Part shown: piece after piece, positions 52,963 through 64,000 of the stretch
How the letters are laid out: every line of letters starts with the position of its first letter
Numbering within the stretch: the first letter of the stretch is position 1
Assembly: GCA_964016885.1 (NCBI GenBank)
Contig: OZ024740.1
Span: 393,514,001 to 393,578,000, forward strand
Source: Eledone cirrhosa
Lineage: Eukaryota
Length of the DNA: 64,000 bases
Direction of reading: 5' to 3'
Notes under the pieces: model-generated
Told to the model about the DNA's origin: nothing
The model's database searches: none
Seen by the model: the letters and a program-made list of their open reading frames with translations, nothing else
Position numbers and translations under genes: made by a program

Positions 52963-54379
52963 TACTCACACATATCTATGTATGTATATTCTAAGCTGAA
53001 TGATATTTTGGTAAATAAACAGTGGTGCCAATGGTAACATTTTGTACACATTAGCAGAACAATACATTTATTCTAAATACAATGAATTGGAAAAGGAATT
53101 CAATTGTTGCTGTTATTGTATTCATAGAGTTGTTGCTGTAGTTATGTAGAAGCTAGGAAAGCAAGGATGGGGTGAAATGGTCTGAATAGATAGAAAATTG
53201 GATTGGTGATTTATGCAATTGTGGGTTCATTTATATCTACTTCTGTAGTGAAGTAATTGTATTTCTGAGCAAAAACACTACAGGGCATCTATTTTAAAAT
53301 AGGTATAGGTTTCATTATGTACCCCCCCCATTTTGCCTCATTTCTCTACATTTTGGGGTACTTTTTTTTCACAGTACTCCCCATCTGGGTATTTAGAGGT
53401 TGGCAGGTCTGTTATTAAAAAATCATAGGCAATGTTTTTCATTAGACATTTTGCTTAGTTTACTGTAAAACCATCAACAACTGTCCAAAATAGTGTGTGT
53501 GTGTGCGGGGGGGGGGGGGGGGTTTAGTAGTAGAAGCAGTGGTTGTGGTAATGATATTGTAGCTAGTTGTTATAGTTTTTCTTAACAGTTATGAATTAAT
53601 TGAGTTAACCCATGGCTCAAACTACTTTGTATGCTGAAAATTAAGTTGTCCAACATGTTCTTTATTTTAGATGTTAGGCTAGTATTTAAGGGAAATTTGG
53701 TTGCTATTTCTAGGAAATCAAATAGTTGCATAAAGGATTCCTTGTTGGCTTAATGCAATGAGTTGAACATATTTGTGTGGTTCTTTAGTTCCAAATCAGC
53801 CCTGATTGATTAAACCTATGATCAAATGTATTCCAGTCATGGGACAACATTGCTAAATGTGACAATTATTTTTTTTAGGAAAATAGGAAGGGACTGGAGG
53901 GAAATTTGGCTGCTATTTCAAGCAACTTTGTAGATGCATCCACATCAGTTTGTAATGGCGGTGTTGGAGCAAGGAGTTTAAAGAGGGGATGTTACCTTTG
54001 TATATTAATGTGTCAATAAATACATGTTGCAGATATTTTACATCTCTGTGCGAGCATGTGTGTGTGTATCAGAATGTGTAACTCCTGGGATAAGACCTGC
54101 TGACAACAATTGCTGTAAATGTGCAGCTATGCATTTAACCACATGTGGAGCCTGGTGTAATAGAAATCATGAAAAGTCCAGATAAATGTTTTTTTCTTTT
54201 GTGTTTTTAATGTAATTTTCAGTTAAAATTCTACATGTCTGTTTTTGACATTGTGAGAGTTGATATATTAGATGCCACTTTCAGCCATTGCATACATTTT
54301 GTTTAAAATGTTGATTGAGCTACCTCAGATATGTTGACTCATGTGCAATGATGATTTTGAGTCCTCTCTGTTAGGTAGT

Positions 54380-54950
54380 GACAAAAGAGAACCTAACCCT
54401 CCCTGCAGGGCGGTCATGTTGATAACATGACAGGTGGGTGCCCAGTCTCCCCCCCCCCCCCCCCTCCCCCGAGTGGTGGTCATGACAGGAGGCATCCAGC
54501 CCACTCTGTAAGGTAATTGTATTGGTGGCATGACAGAAGGTGCTCAGTCCACCCTGTGGAGTGGTGGAGTTGGTAGTATGACATGACAATAAATGCCCAG
54601 CCCACCCTATAAAGTGGGTGTGACAGCAACATGACAGAAGCACTCTATCCAACCTCTGAAGTGGTTGTGTTGCAGACATGACAAAAAGTGTCCATTTTGG
54701 TGTAAAGTGGTCATTTTGGTGCCACGCAAAAAGTGCCTAGTCTACATTGTAAACTGGTCATGTTGGTGACACAACAAAAAGCAACCAGTCCACACTGTAA
54801 AGTTGTTGCGTTGGTGTCATGAGAAAAAGCAACCAGTCCACACTGTAAAGTTGTTGCGTTGGTGTCATGAGAAAAAGCAACCAGTCCACACTGTAAAGTG
54901 GTCATTGTGGTGCCATGATAAACGGCACAGAGTCAACACTGAAAATGTAG
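54380..54950 (+). repeat. Diverged array of about 11 related ~48-bp units ending in a SINE tail
   Basis: Recurring aaaaagcaaccagtccacactgtaaagtgg....gt[cg]atgac units, with a SINE-type tail at about 54950-55078. Confidence 0.8.
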
Positions 54951-55095
54951 TCGTTAGAAAGGGCATACCACAGTAGCAACCAAGCCAGAAACAGTTCTGT
55001 GTGAGCAAGACATGGTCATCTGATCTGACTTGTTTCTAACCCATGCTAGCATGGAAAATGAATGTTAAATGGTGATGAAGATATATATACATATA

Positions 55096-55155
55096 TATAT
55101 TGTTATATTTAGGGAGGGTCATATTGTTATAATATTGCCAGAAATAATAACAAAT
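55096..55155 (-). mobile_element. Short terminal fragment of the same PLE pLTR family as 58355-60050
   Basis: atattgttatatttagggagggtcatattg..taatattgccagaaataataaca resembles the reverse complement of about 59941-60001, and is TA-flanked. Confidence 0.6.
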
Positions 55156-55479
55156 TCATATATATATATACACACACACATACATGTATATATATATACA
55201 CATAAACATGTTGATTTCAGTATATTTAGATGTTTAATTGTATACATTTAAATTAGCTCCATCTTGAGATATTGAGTACTGTTCTATCTTGACATCACCC
55301 TCCATATATCAATAAGATATTGTAGATATTGTCATGTTTACTTTATATATATATATATATTATACATGTCTACATGTATTTATCCATACTTGCCAACCTG
55401 TCACAGTATATCTATATAACTAAATTATATCTATATTGACAACTACACACAAATACACACACACACATATATATAAACA

Positions 55480-55515
<36 letters not shown>

Positions 55516-56644
55516 TATATATATTATATATATGTATATATATGTGTGTGTGTCACATATACATATATCATATATATTACAGCCTAAAAATAATAAAATA
55601 TAACATTTCTGAGTTTTTGTTTGTGTTTTTCTTATTTCGTATTAAACATAAGCTCATTTATCACAGGAACATTAGAACTGAATGACAGTAATGAAACAAA
55701 TTACCAAAATGGACTTCCAGAATCTTTTCTGCACCCCACCCACACCACTACCCTTCATAATGCCACCAATTTTAACATGTAGATTTCCATCATAGGAAAT
55801 AGATGAGTCATCGAAAAATCTAAATTATGGATATTTTAATAGCTAATTTTCATGAAATTACAGGTTGTCAAACTTTGAAAGAAACATTCATTCTGGTAAA
55901 AAGGTTTTTTTCTTTTTATTTATTTATTTATTTATTATTTAAAAAAAATATAAACTAGGTTTTCTTTTCTTCTCTCTTTGTATATATTATATAAATAATG
56001 AAATGAAAATATAATTGTATGTCTCAGAAACTCTGGTTGAAAGAAATTTCACAATAAATTTATCGAGATAAGTTTATCTACCAAATTTATAGAATGTTCA
56101 TTAAAGTATGATAATGTACACATGCACACACACATATATATAGTGTATATTTTATTAAGAGATGATTTTTACAAGACTAGTTCTGTTTCCTTCACCTTTC
56201 TGACCATATCCTCAGAAAGAAACAAAACTAGTCCTGTAAATTTCACCCCTCAATAAAATAAAGTACACTCTCTAACTGATATTTTGAGTACCATACATTA
56301 CATTAATTGTGGTTCCCTTCTGGTCTCTAATAGAATACCATTCAACTATATATATATGTATGTAGATATAAAAAGCAAGACACTGATCCCAGGGCTGTTT
56401 GGGAGATCAGAAACCCTGCTTTAGTACTGACAGTCTATGTAGACCCACCTAACCTTTGCTAGCAGGGTAAGTGGACATTATGATGATAATGATAATTATG
56501 TATGTATATGCGCACACACATACGTATAATTGTATACGGAGTGGTCATGAAGGCGACACAACAAAAATTGATCAGTCCACACTGTAAAGTCAATGTGATG
56601 GTGACATGGCAAAAAACGCTCAGCTTACACTGTAAAGTGGTCAT

Positions 56645-57171
56645 AAAGCACCCCACCCACACTGTATAGTGGTCATGTAGGTGTCACAACAAAAAGCACC
56701 CCACCCACACTGTATAGTGGTCATGTAGGTGTCACAACAAAAAGCACCCCACCCACACTGTATAGTGGTCATGTAGGTGTCACAACAAAAAGCACCCCAC
56801 CCACACTGTATAGTGGTCATGTATGTGTCACAACAAAAAGCACCCCACCCACACTGTATAGTGGTCATGTAGGTGTCACAACAAAAAGCACCCCACCCAC
56901 ACTGTAAAGTGGTCATGTAGGTGTCACAACAAAAAGCACCCCACCCACACTGTATAGTGGTCATGTAGGTGTCACAACAAAAAGCACCCCACCCACACTG
57001 TATAGTGGTCATGTAGGTGTCACAACAAAAAGCACCCCACCCACACTGTATAGTGGTCATGTAGGTGTCACAACAAAAAGCACCCCACCCACACTGTATA
57101 GTGGTCATGTAGGTGTCACAACAAAAAGCACCCCACCCACACTGTATAGTGGTCATGTAGGTGTCACAACA
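56645..57171 (+). repeat. Homogeneous 48-bp minisatellite (11 units) inside a SINE B-like element
   Basis: Unit aaaagcaccccacccacactgtatagtggtcatgtaggtgtcacaaca; only two point variants seen. It continues into the SINE 3' half (57172-57320). Confidence 0.95.
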
Positions 57172-58015
57172 AAAAGCACCCAGTACTCACTGTAAACGAG
57201 GTTGACACTAGGGAGGGTTTCCAGTTGTAGAGACCAAGCCAAAATTAGTTCTGTATGAGCAAGACATGGTCACCTGACCTGGTTGCTCACGCCAGCATGG
57301 AAAAATGGATGTTAAACAGTAACCAATATCTGAACACTGTCATAAAACTCACTAAGTAACTATGTGTCTGCTCTGTAATGCAACATACAACCAACTGCAC
57401 ACTTGTTATCTCAATGGCCGGAGGTCACTAAAATAAATCCGATGACTTTCATAATCTCTCTCGACGAATGCGAGAAAGTTCTCCAGGAATCTTTAAAAAT
57501 CTCCCCACAGTTAACAAACAACTTACTAGATCTACAAAACCAAATTGTAAAATCATGATATTATAAAATTAAATCAAATTGTTTAGAACTACAAGTGAAG
57601 TCATTCTTTTCCTTTTTTTAAATATATACATACATACATACATACATACATACATACATTTATAAACATATATACATACATGCATTTATAAACTCATTCA
57701 CACTATTGTATACACATATATATTGATACACATATAAGATGTAGGTTCAACATACATGCAAAAACATATACACATAAAATGCTTATATAAACATTTCTTC
57801 TCTAATGTGGGGTAGTCAGATTGAAATTTACCACCTAGTGAAGGAATAAAATTGATACAATTGAAACTGCACTCTCCATATTCTACATAGAAGTCATAGC
57901 TGCCTCACTATGATTTCACCAGATTTGACTCATAACATCATTTTTGCACCTGTGGAACTCACAGTAATGTAGCTCTGAGTCAAACTGCTTATATTATATA
58001 TATATATATATTATA

Positions 58016-58354
58016 GAGGCACATGGCTTAGTGGTTAGAGCATTGGCCTTGCAATCGAAAGGTTGTGAGTTCAATTCTCAGACTGGGTGTTGTTTCCTTG
58101 AGCAAGACACTTTATTTCCCATTGCTCCAGTTTACTCAGCTGTAGAAATGAGATGATAGGGACTGGGGTCCATATCATTCCACTGCAAAGTGGTCGTGGA
58201 GGTGCCAAGGCAAAAAAGCACCCAGTACTAACTGCAACTGAGGTTGGTGTTAGGAAGGGCATCCAGCTGTAGAAATCAAGCCAGAATCAGTTCCCGTCCC
58301 GCCCTTGCAAACAGGGAAAAGCAGACGTAAAATGAAATGAAATGATGAAAATGA
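58016..58354 (+). mobile_element. SINE family B copy
   Basis: Highly similar to 39636-39970 over the full length. Confidence 0.88.
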
Positions 58355-58540
58355 TATACTTGGGGAGGGTCATATTGGTGTAATAATATTGCCAGAATTA
58401 ATAACAGAACACACTCACTGTTTGGTTGGTTTTCGCTTCTGTGTCTTTTATATCGGTTAATTTAATTTATTTGGTTCTCAATGTTACCCAACGGTCAAAA
58501 ATACAGATACAATATAGACACAAACACATATATAAAGTCT

Positions 58541-58582
58541 AACAAAGTTCTTTCGTTGCACATCTGCAACATCGTCAGTGGT
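58541..58582 (-). ncRNA. Hammerhead-like motif (core intact, stems I and III degenerate)
   Basis: Minus strand: acca-CTGACGA-t-gttgca(gatg)tgcaac-GAAA-gaac-TT-tgtt. Stem II is a perfect 6 bp; stem I has one mismatch. Confidence 0.6.
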
Positions 58583-59756
58583 GCTATTATGTTTCTTCCC
58601 GTTGTATTGTATGCCTACGCCATCTTTATTTAGTCTGTTTATTTATTTATTTATTTATTTATTTTTTTGTCTTCTCTGTGCATACGTTTGCGTGTGTATA
58701 GTGTTTTGTTTGATGTGTGTTCGTGTTTGGGTGACTGTGTATTGGTTATTGTATTCTATCTTAGTTTACTAGTGTGTGTTTATATGTGTTTGTGTATGTA
58801 TTTATTTATTTATTTATACTTCTCTTAGGTCAGTTTGGGTGTTGTTGTTATTCCATTCATTTTTTCTGTTTAGCCTTGGCCTTCTAAGTTCTATTTCACT
58901 GGCCTCTCTGATTTGCCTATCTGTTGGGTCATTTCTATGTTTAGATATTATTCTAATTTCTGTGTTGTCTATGTTACCGTTGTGTTGTTGCCTGGCATGT
59001 TCGTATAGTACTAAACCGTTTTTTCGTCCTTTTAGTTCCCCCCAGTGTTGGTCTATCCTTTCACCTATGCTATGAGCTGTCTCGCCTATGTATGTTGTTG
59101 TCATGTTTCTTTTAAGAAAACCCACTGTACTAATAGGAAATGTATTATATGTAAAGTAAAGCCCCGGATAAACTGTAAAACTAGAAACGAAGTCTATAGC
59201 ATAAGATGTACAGAGGGTACTTGCTGAAATGACAACAACATACATAGGCGAGACAGCTCGTAGCATAGGTGAAAGGATAGACCAACACTGGGGGGAACTA
59301 AAAGGACGAAAAAACGGTTCAGTACTATACGAACATGCCAGACAACAACATGGCGGTAACATAGAAATTAGAATAATATCTAAACATAGAAATGACCCAG
59401 CAGATAGGCAAATCAGAGAGGCCAGTGAAATAGAACTTAGAAGGCCAAGGCTAAACAGAAAAAATGAATGGAATAACAACAACACCCAAACAAACAACAC
59501 TGACCTAAGAGAAGTATAAATAAATAAATAAATACATACACAAGCACAATAACAACAAACACATATAAACACACACTAGTAAACTAAGATAGAATACAAT
59601 AACCAATACACAATCAGCCAAACACGAACACACATCAAACAAAACACTATACAAACACGCAAACGCATGCGCAGAGAAGACAAAAAAAAAAAATAAATAA
59701 ACAGACTAAATAAAGATGGCGTAGGCATACAATACAACGGGAGGAAACATAATAGC

Positions 59757-59798
59757 ACCACTGACAATGTTGCAGATGTGCAACGAAAGAACTTTGTT
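59757..59798 (+). ncRNA. Hammerhead-like motif, mutated copy
   Basis: Same as 58541-58582 but the core reads CTGACAA (G8 to A). Confidence 0.45.
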
Positions 59799-60286
59799 AG
59801 ACTATATATATGTGTTTGTGTCTATATTGTATCTGTATTTTTGACCGTTGGTCAGTCAATGGTAACATTGAGGACCAAATAAATTAAATTAACTGATATA
59901 AAAGACACAGAAGCGAAAACCAACCAAACAGTGAGTGTGTTCTGTTATTAATTCTGGTAATATTATTACACAAATATGACCCTCCCCAAGTATAACAATA
60001 TTTGTTTCGACACACGATTTCATAACCTCGCAAAACTAATCCATCCCCGTTATATATATATATATTAAGGTAAATTTCTTTAAGTCGTTTGGAAACCTCG
60101 ACAATGCAGATGGGTAAATCTCCGGGTAACAAGATCCGGTGGTGGAGAGAGAGATGTAAGTGGGTGTACGTTGAGATGTGTGGCGTGTATAAGACTGTAA
60201 CGTATAGAGAATGAAGGAAAGAGCGTAAAGGATAAAAATAAAAATAACAACATGAGAAAGAGTTACCTTGGGAGAGAGTTAATTGT

Positions 60287-60322
60287 CCCTATATATTTCG
60301 GATTCACATCCATCAACTGGGG
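60287..60322 (-). ncRNA. Minimal type I hammerhead-like motif with variant core in the PLE 3' region
   Basis: Minus strand: ccc-CAGTTGA-t-ggat(gtga)atcc-GAAA-tata-TA-ggg. All stems pair and the stem III loop is palindromic, but the core is CAGUUGA instead of CUGAUGA. Confidence 0.55.
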
Positions 60323-60719
60323 TTTTTTTATGGGGGGGAAGGTTGTCTGTTGGAAAAGTGCGAAACGTGTCCTCCGCTCTTCGTTGTTTTTACTATCTGA
60401 GGTATTCAGCAGAGCGCGCGTGAAATGGGGTCGGTCAGGCAGAGGTCAGCGGCCGAAGTAGTTCTTTCAATTGTGGAAGTGGGGTGGCGCTAGCTGTCAG
60501 TCCATTCTCTGCCTGTTTGGTGAATGTTACTGTGTGTGTGTGCGTGTGTTGTTGTCTCGCTTGAGTGTGTGTGTGTGTGCGTGTGTTGTTGCCTTGTTCC
60601 TCTGTATTGGCAGTGTAGTATGCTCGTATGGTGGAATGCTACTGTGTGTGTGTATGTGTGTGCGTGTGTTCCAGTCTCGCTTGTGTGTGTGTGCGTGTGT
60701 TGCTGCATCATTTGTTAAC

Positions 60720-63185
60720 TTAAACCAACCACCTCATTTCGCTTCTCTCGGATCGGTTGTTTAATTGTGACCCTAGGCGTTTGATCCAAAGTGCTTCCTT
60801 GATACGTAACATGCCGACGTTTCTTTCTGTCGCTAGAATTGTGACAATGGGCCTTCCGTCTTTGTTTCCGCATTTGGCTATGTGTTTCCGGAAAGACGAG
60901 GCCCTGGTTTTAGTGTGTTCCTTGATCCGGATGTGCAACGGCCGGATTGTGCTACCTATATAGTATTGGTTGCACTTGTTACATTCTATCTTATACACAA
61001 CGTATGTGCGTAGGCAACATTTCGCATGGCGCATCGGGCAGTCTCTGAGGGAGCACACATCAGTTGATTTCCCGGGTTTCCTGGAGAGGCATCTTCGGAG
61101 GGAGGGGCCCGAGTGGGCCAGGTGGATGTCGAGGCCCTCCCTCCGTATAGCCTTGCGGATAGCGTTGGTGGTATTCTCGCATTTTAAGGAAGCACTTGCC
61201 TTTGGTGCCTCTCCGTCTCTTGTGTCTGGTGTCTCCTACTCTGTCTGTGAGCGAGGTAGGGTACCCGTTCGTCTCCAGCATGTCGAGGAAACGCTTGGTA
61301 TGAGTGACACCACTCGCGGGATCGCTGCATCTGTTTTTGATTTGCGCGATCTCGTTCGTGATGTATCCTCTTTTGGCACTGTTAGGGAGGGCGGATTTGT
61401 AGTGGACGAACAGGTCCGTGCAGGCTGCCTTTTGGTAGAAGTTGCAGTGGTTCCCTCCCTGCTCCGTGATGTTGATTCGGAAGTCGAGGAGGGCAAGTGA
61501 CCCGTCATCGTTGGGGTGTTCAACACTGAAGTCAATGTTCTCGTCCGTGTTGTTGAACGTCTCATAGATTCTGTTCGCCATGTCTTGGGAAGATGTGAGG
61601 ATGAGGATATCGTCCGCGTACCTTGAGAAAAAGTCGACGGTGTTGGGGTAGCAGGCGTTGAGTGCCTTACGCTCGAGGCTGTCCATGTAAGAGATCGCTA
61701 GCACACCCGACAGGCTTGATCCCATGGGCAGTCCCGAGGTTTGTTGGTATGTTTGGTCAAGGAATCCGAAGTAGGTGTTGTCGACGACGATGGATAGGAG
61801 TTGGTGGATGTCAGTGGTGGTGAGCCCGAAGCGGTGTAGGTCAGTGGATTGGACGCGTTCCATCAGTATATTGACGGCCGGGAGTGCTGGGACCGAAGTG
61901 TAGAGAGCGACTAAATCAAGGCTGAAGGCATATCTGTTATTCCTTCTGGTGTCGGGATCCATTTGTTCAGGCGCTTCAACACCTCCTCGGAGCTGTTAAC
62001 GTGTCCCGGCAAGGTGTCTAAGATGGGTTTGAGTATTCTGGCTCGGAGCCATGAAATTTTGTAGAGTGGTCCTTCCACGCTCGATACAATGGGCCTGATC
62101 TTCAGGTCGGGTCCCTGTTTGTGTGTTTTCACGAGGTGGTAGAAGGTGGGTAGTCTGCTGTTCCTCGTGTGGAGGTTGTATCTCAGCTTCTTCGGGATCT
62201 TTCGCCCGTCGCAGATGTTGGTCCAGGCGGCGTTGATGTGCTCTTCTATCTGCGCAGGAGTGATTCCCGTGACCTTGGAGTAGAGGTTGTCATCGTCAAG
62301 GTGTTGGAGGGCCAGGGTGTTGTAGGCCTCTCTGCTGATGACGCAGAATTCTTTTCCCTTGTCGGAGGGGAGGTAGATGAGGTTCTTTGATTTTAGGTTG
62401 GAGAGAGTGGTGAGTTGAGATTTGGTGAAGTTGTGTGTTGTGTGTGTGTGTGTGTGTGTTTGTGAAGTATATCCGAGATGGAGTGTTTTAGCCTGATGAG
62501 TTTAGTGTCGAGTTCGTGGTTGGTGGGTGGGGGGCTGGAGTGGGTTGTCGAGGTAGTAAGTGGGGAACTTGGGGTGGGTTGCTTAGGCGATGTTGATGGC
62601 GGTCACCCATTTAAGTTGGTAAGCGGCTCGACAAAAGTTGGCCTCGATGTTGAGTTTGAGTCTGTCGTCGAGTCGTTGTGAGATGATGAACTTGGGTCCG
62701 AGGTGTAGGAGTTTCAGCTCGTCGCTCGTGAGAGTGCCGGTTAGGTCGGTGACCGGGTGCGTCGCATCGTTGAGGTGTGGCTCGGTGTTGGTGGATGCGA
62801 TGGTGGCGGTTGTTAAGTTGTTGTTTTCAATGTGGTTCTGGTTCGTCTGTTCGTTAGTGTCGATGTTCTCGTTGCGGAGTTTAGACAAGATCCACTCATA
62901 TTTCCGCTTGAGCCGTTTTTTCTGGTATTGGACTCTGGAGTGGTAGCACTGGTCGATTGCTTTAGTGATTTTCAGGAGCAAGTCTCCGGGTGCTATTGGC
63001 AGTCGATGTGTCCGCTTATGGATGTGTAATTGGCGGTTGAGATGTCTCAGGATCTGTTTAATACACGTGCGATGTATGCGGTTAGTGGTGTTTTGGAAAG
63101 CTGGTGTACGTAGGCTTACTGGTAAGCGGATGTTCCTGATGGTGTTGGGGATGACATCGTTTTTTAGGCAGCATTTCTCCACCAC
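60720..63185 (-). pseudogene. Disrupted PLE polyprotein (N-terminal domain, RT, Cys-rich linker, GIY-YIG endonuclease)
   Basis: Split across ORFs 62583-63185, 61911-62132, 61060-61962 and 60720-61058. A (CA)n tract lies inside at about 62434-62460. Confidence 0.85.
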
Positions 63186-63715
63186 CGGATCTTGTTACCC
63201 GAAGATTTACCGATCTGCATTGTCGAGGCTTCCAAACGACTTAAAGAAATTTACCTTATTATTCCACAAAGCTTCAAGCAAACTTCAATACTCTCTTATA
63301 TATATATTAGTATTGGTGCTCTGAAATAGTGATGTATACATGAATATATGTATAGTATATTTGGCAATATACTGTATGTTTAATTAAAAACATTTAGAAG
63401 ACCATTCGCTATGAGTTTTAAAGTAGTGACTATGTCACTTATTCTTGACAAATAACAACAGAGAGTGATCACTCTGTCGATCCGTATATAAGCTGACCCA
63501 ACCTATTTTATGCCTGAAAAATAGGCAAAAAAAACCCCTCATTTATTAAGCCAAGGCAGCTAATCAACACATTATCTTTAGATGGCATGATTTTAAAATT
63601 CTCATAAATATAAAATATATTTATGAAGATTTAATATTTTGATGCTTAAAATGTGTTAAGTGTCATTTAGAGTGAGAGTTTTTGTTTCCCAACTACATTA
63701 CATTTACATTTACAT

Positions 63716-64000
63716 TACATTTAAAGATATTTTACTCAACGCCTACAACAGTAAAGAAGAACAGATACAGACATTTAATGTAGAAGAGAACTGGGAGTTC
63801 CTAAAAAATAATTTACTAGAGGCGACGGATGAGGTCTGTGGCTGGAGTAAGACCTCAAGCAGGAGGAGAGTGACTTGGTGGTGGAACAATAAGGTAGATG
63901 AAGCAGTTAAGGCCAAGAGACAGGCATGAAAAGAATGGAAGAATGGGGGGAGCAGGGTACATTACATAGACACCAAGAGGGAAGCTAGGTGACAAGTATA
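63716..64000 (+). mobile_element. RTE-type LINE fragment (APE-RT linker), runs off the window
   Basis: VEENWEFLKNNLLEATDEVCG...TWWWNNKVDEAVKAKRQA*KEWK, preceded by (TACATT)n. Confidence 0.7.

Larger units (their letters stand above)
58355..60050. mobile_element. Fold-back Penelope-like remnant: GIY-YIG C-terminus plus pLTR on the plus strand, with an inverted duplicate upstream
   Basis: About 58355-59104 is the imperfect reverse complement of about 59229-59994, with a spacer at 59105-59228. The plus strand encodes CTNRKCIICK..NCKTRNEVYSIRC and YIGETARSIGERIDQH...RQIREASEI..PRLNRKNE. Confidence 0.88.
60066..63258 (-). mobile_element. Penelope-like retroelement (RT + GIY-YIG), 5'-truncated, frameshifted, with 83-bp inverted ends
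   Basis: Minus-strand ORF pieces carry PLE motifs: LGPKF, KTHK..RPIVSS..GP.Y, SLDLVALYTSVP, YQQTSGLPMGSSLS, RYADDI, and the GIY-YIG segment VVYKIECNKCNQYYIGSTIRPLHIRIKEH. 60066-60148 is the near reverse complement of 63176-63258. Confidence 0.92.

Noticed and set aside
56645-57171. CRISPR-like array or Cys-rich repeat protein (ORF 56641-57156)
   Set aside because: The units are contiguous with no unique spacers, there are no cas genes, and the unit derives from a SINE. The ORF is a consequence of the 48-bp period.
59222-59230. In-frame TGA in the PLE GIY-YIG region as possible selenocysteine
   Set aside because: The TGA follows the Cys rather than replacing it and coincides with a frameshift relative to the inverted arm. 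No SECIS element was recognised.
60066-63258. DNA transposon interpretation of the 83-bp inverted ends
   Set aside because: The internal coding is RT plus GIY-YIG, with no DDE transposase and no TSD. The inversion fits PLE 5' inversion.

Overview
AT-rich, microsatellite-dense eukaryotic DNA. The SINE and LINE content resembles octopus (cephalopod) genomes; that is inference, not a database result. Only one convincing host exon was found: 66 bp, minus strand, 25371-25436, resembling TMEM135. The window is therefore probably mostly intron of a large gene. The rest is transposon-derived: a near full-length but frameshifted Tx1/L1-clade LINE between (ATT)n tracts (32010-37688), several RTE, RLE-type and CR1-like fragments, two tRNA-derived SINE families, hAT and TTAA-flanked MITEs, and a mariner remnant. 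The most striking signal is a set of Penelope-like (PLE) or retrozyme-like insertions at (TA)n tracts. (i) A non-coding 468-bp unit as 1.75 direct copies plus a 359-bp inverted arm (50557-51730), carrying three canonical minimal type I hammerhead ribozymes. (ii) A 1.6-kb fold-back GIY-YIG PLE remnant with hammerhead motifs. (iii) A 3.2-kb RT+GIY-YIG PLE with 83-bp inverted ends and a variant-core hammerhead. (iv) A 647-bp terminally redundant pLTR-like unit. SINE-internal 48-bp units have also expanded into minisatellites twice. All calls were made by eye; coordinates of degenerate fragments are approximate.
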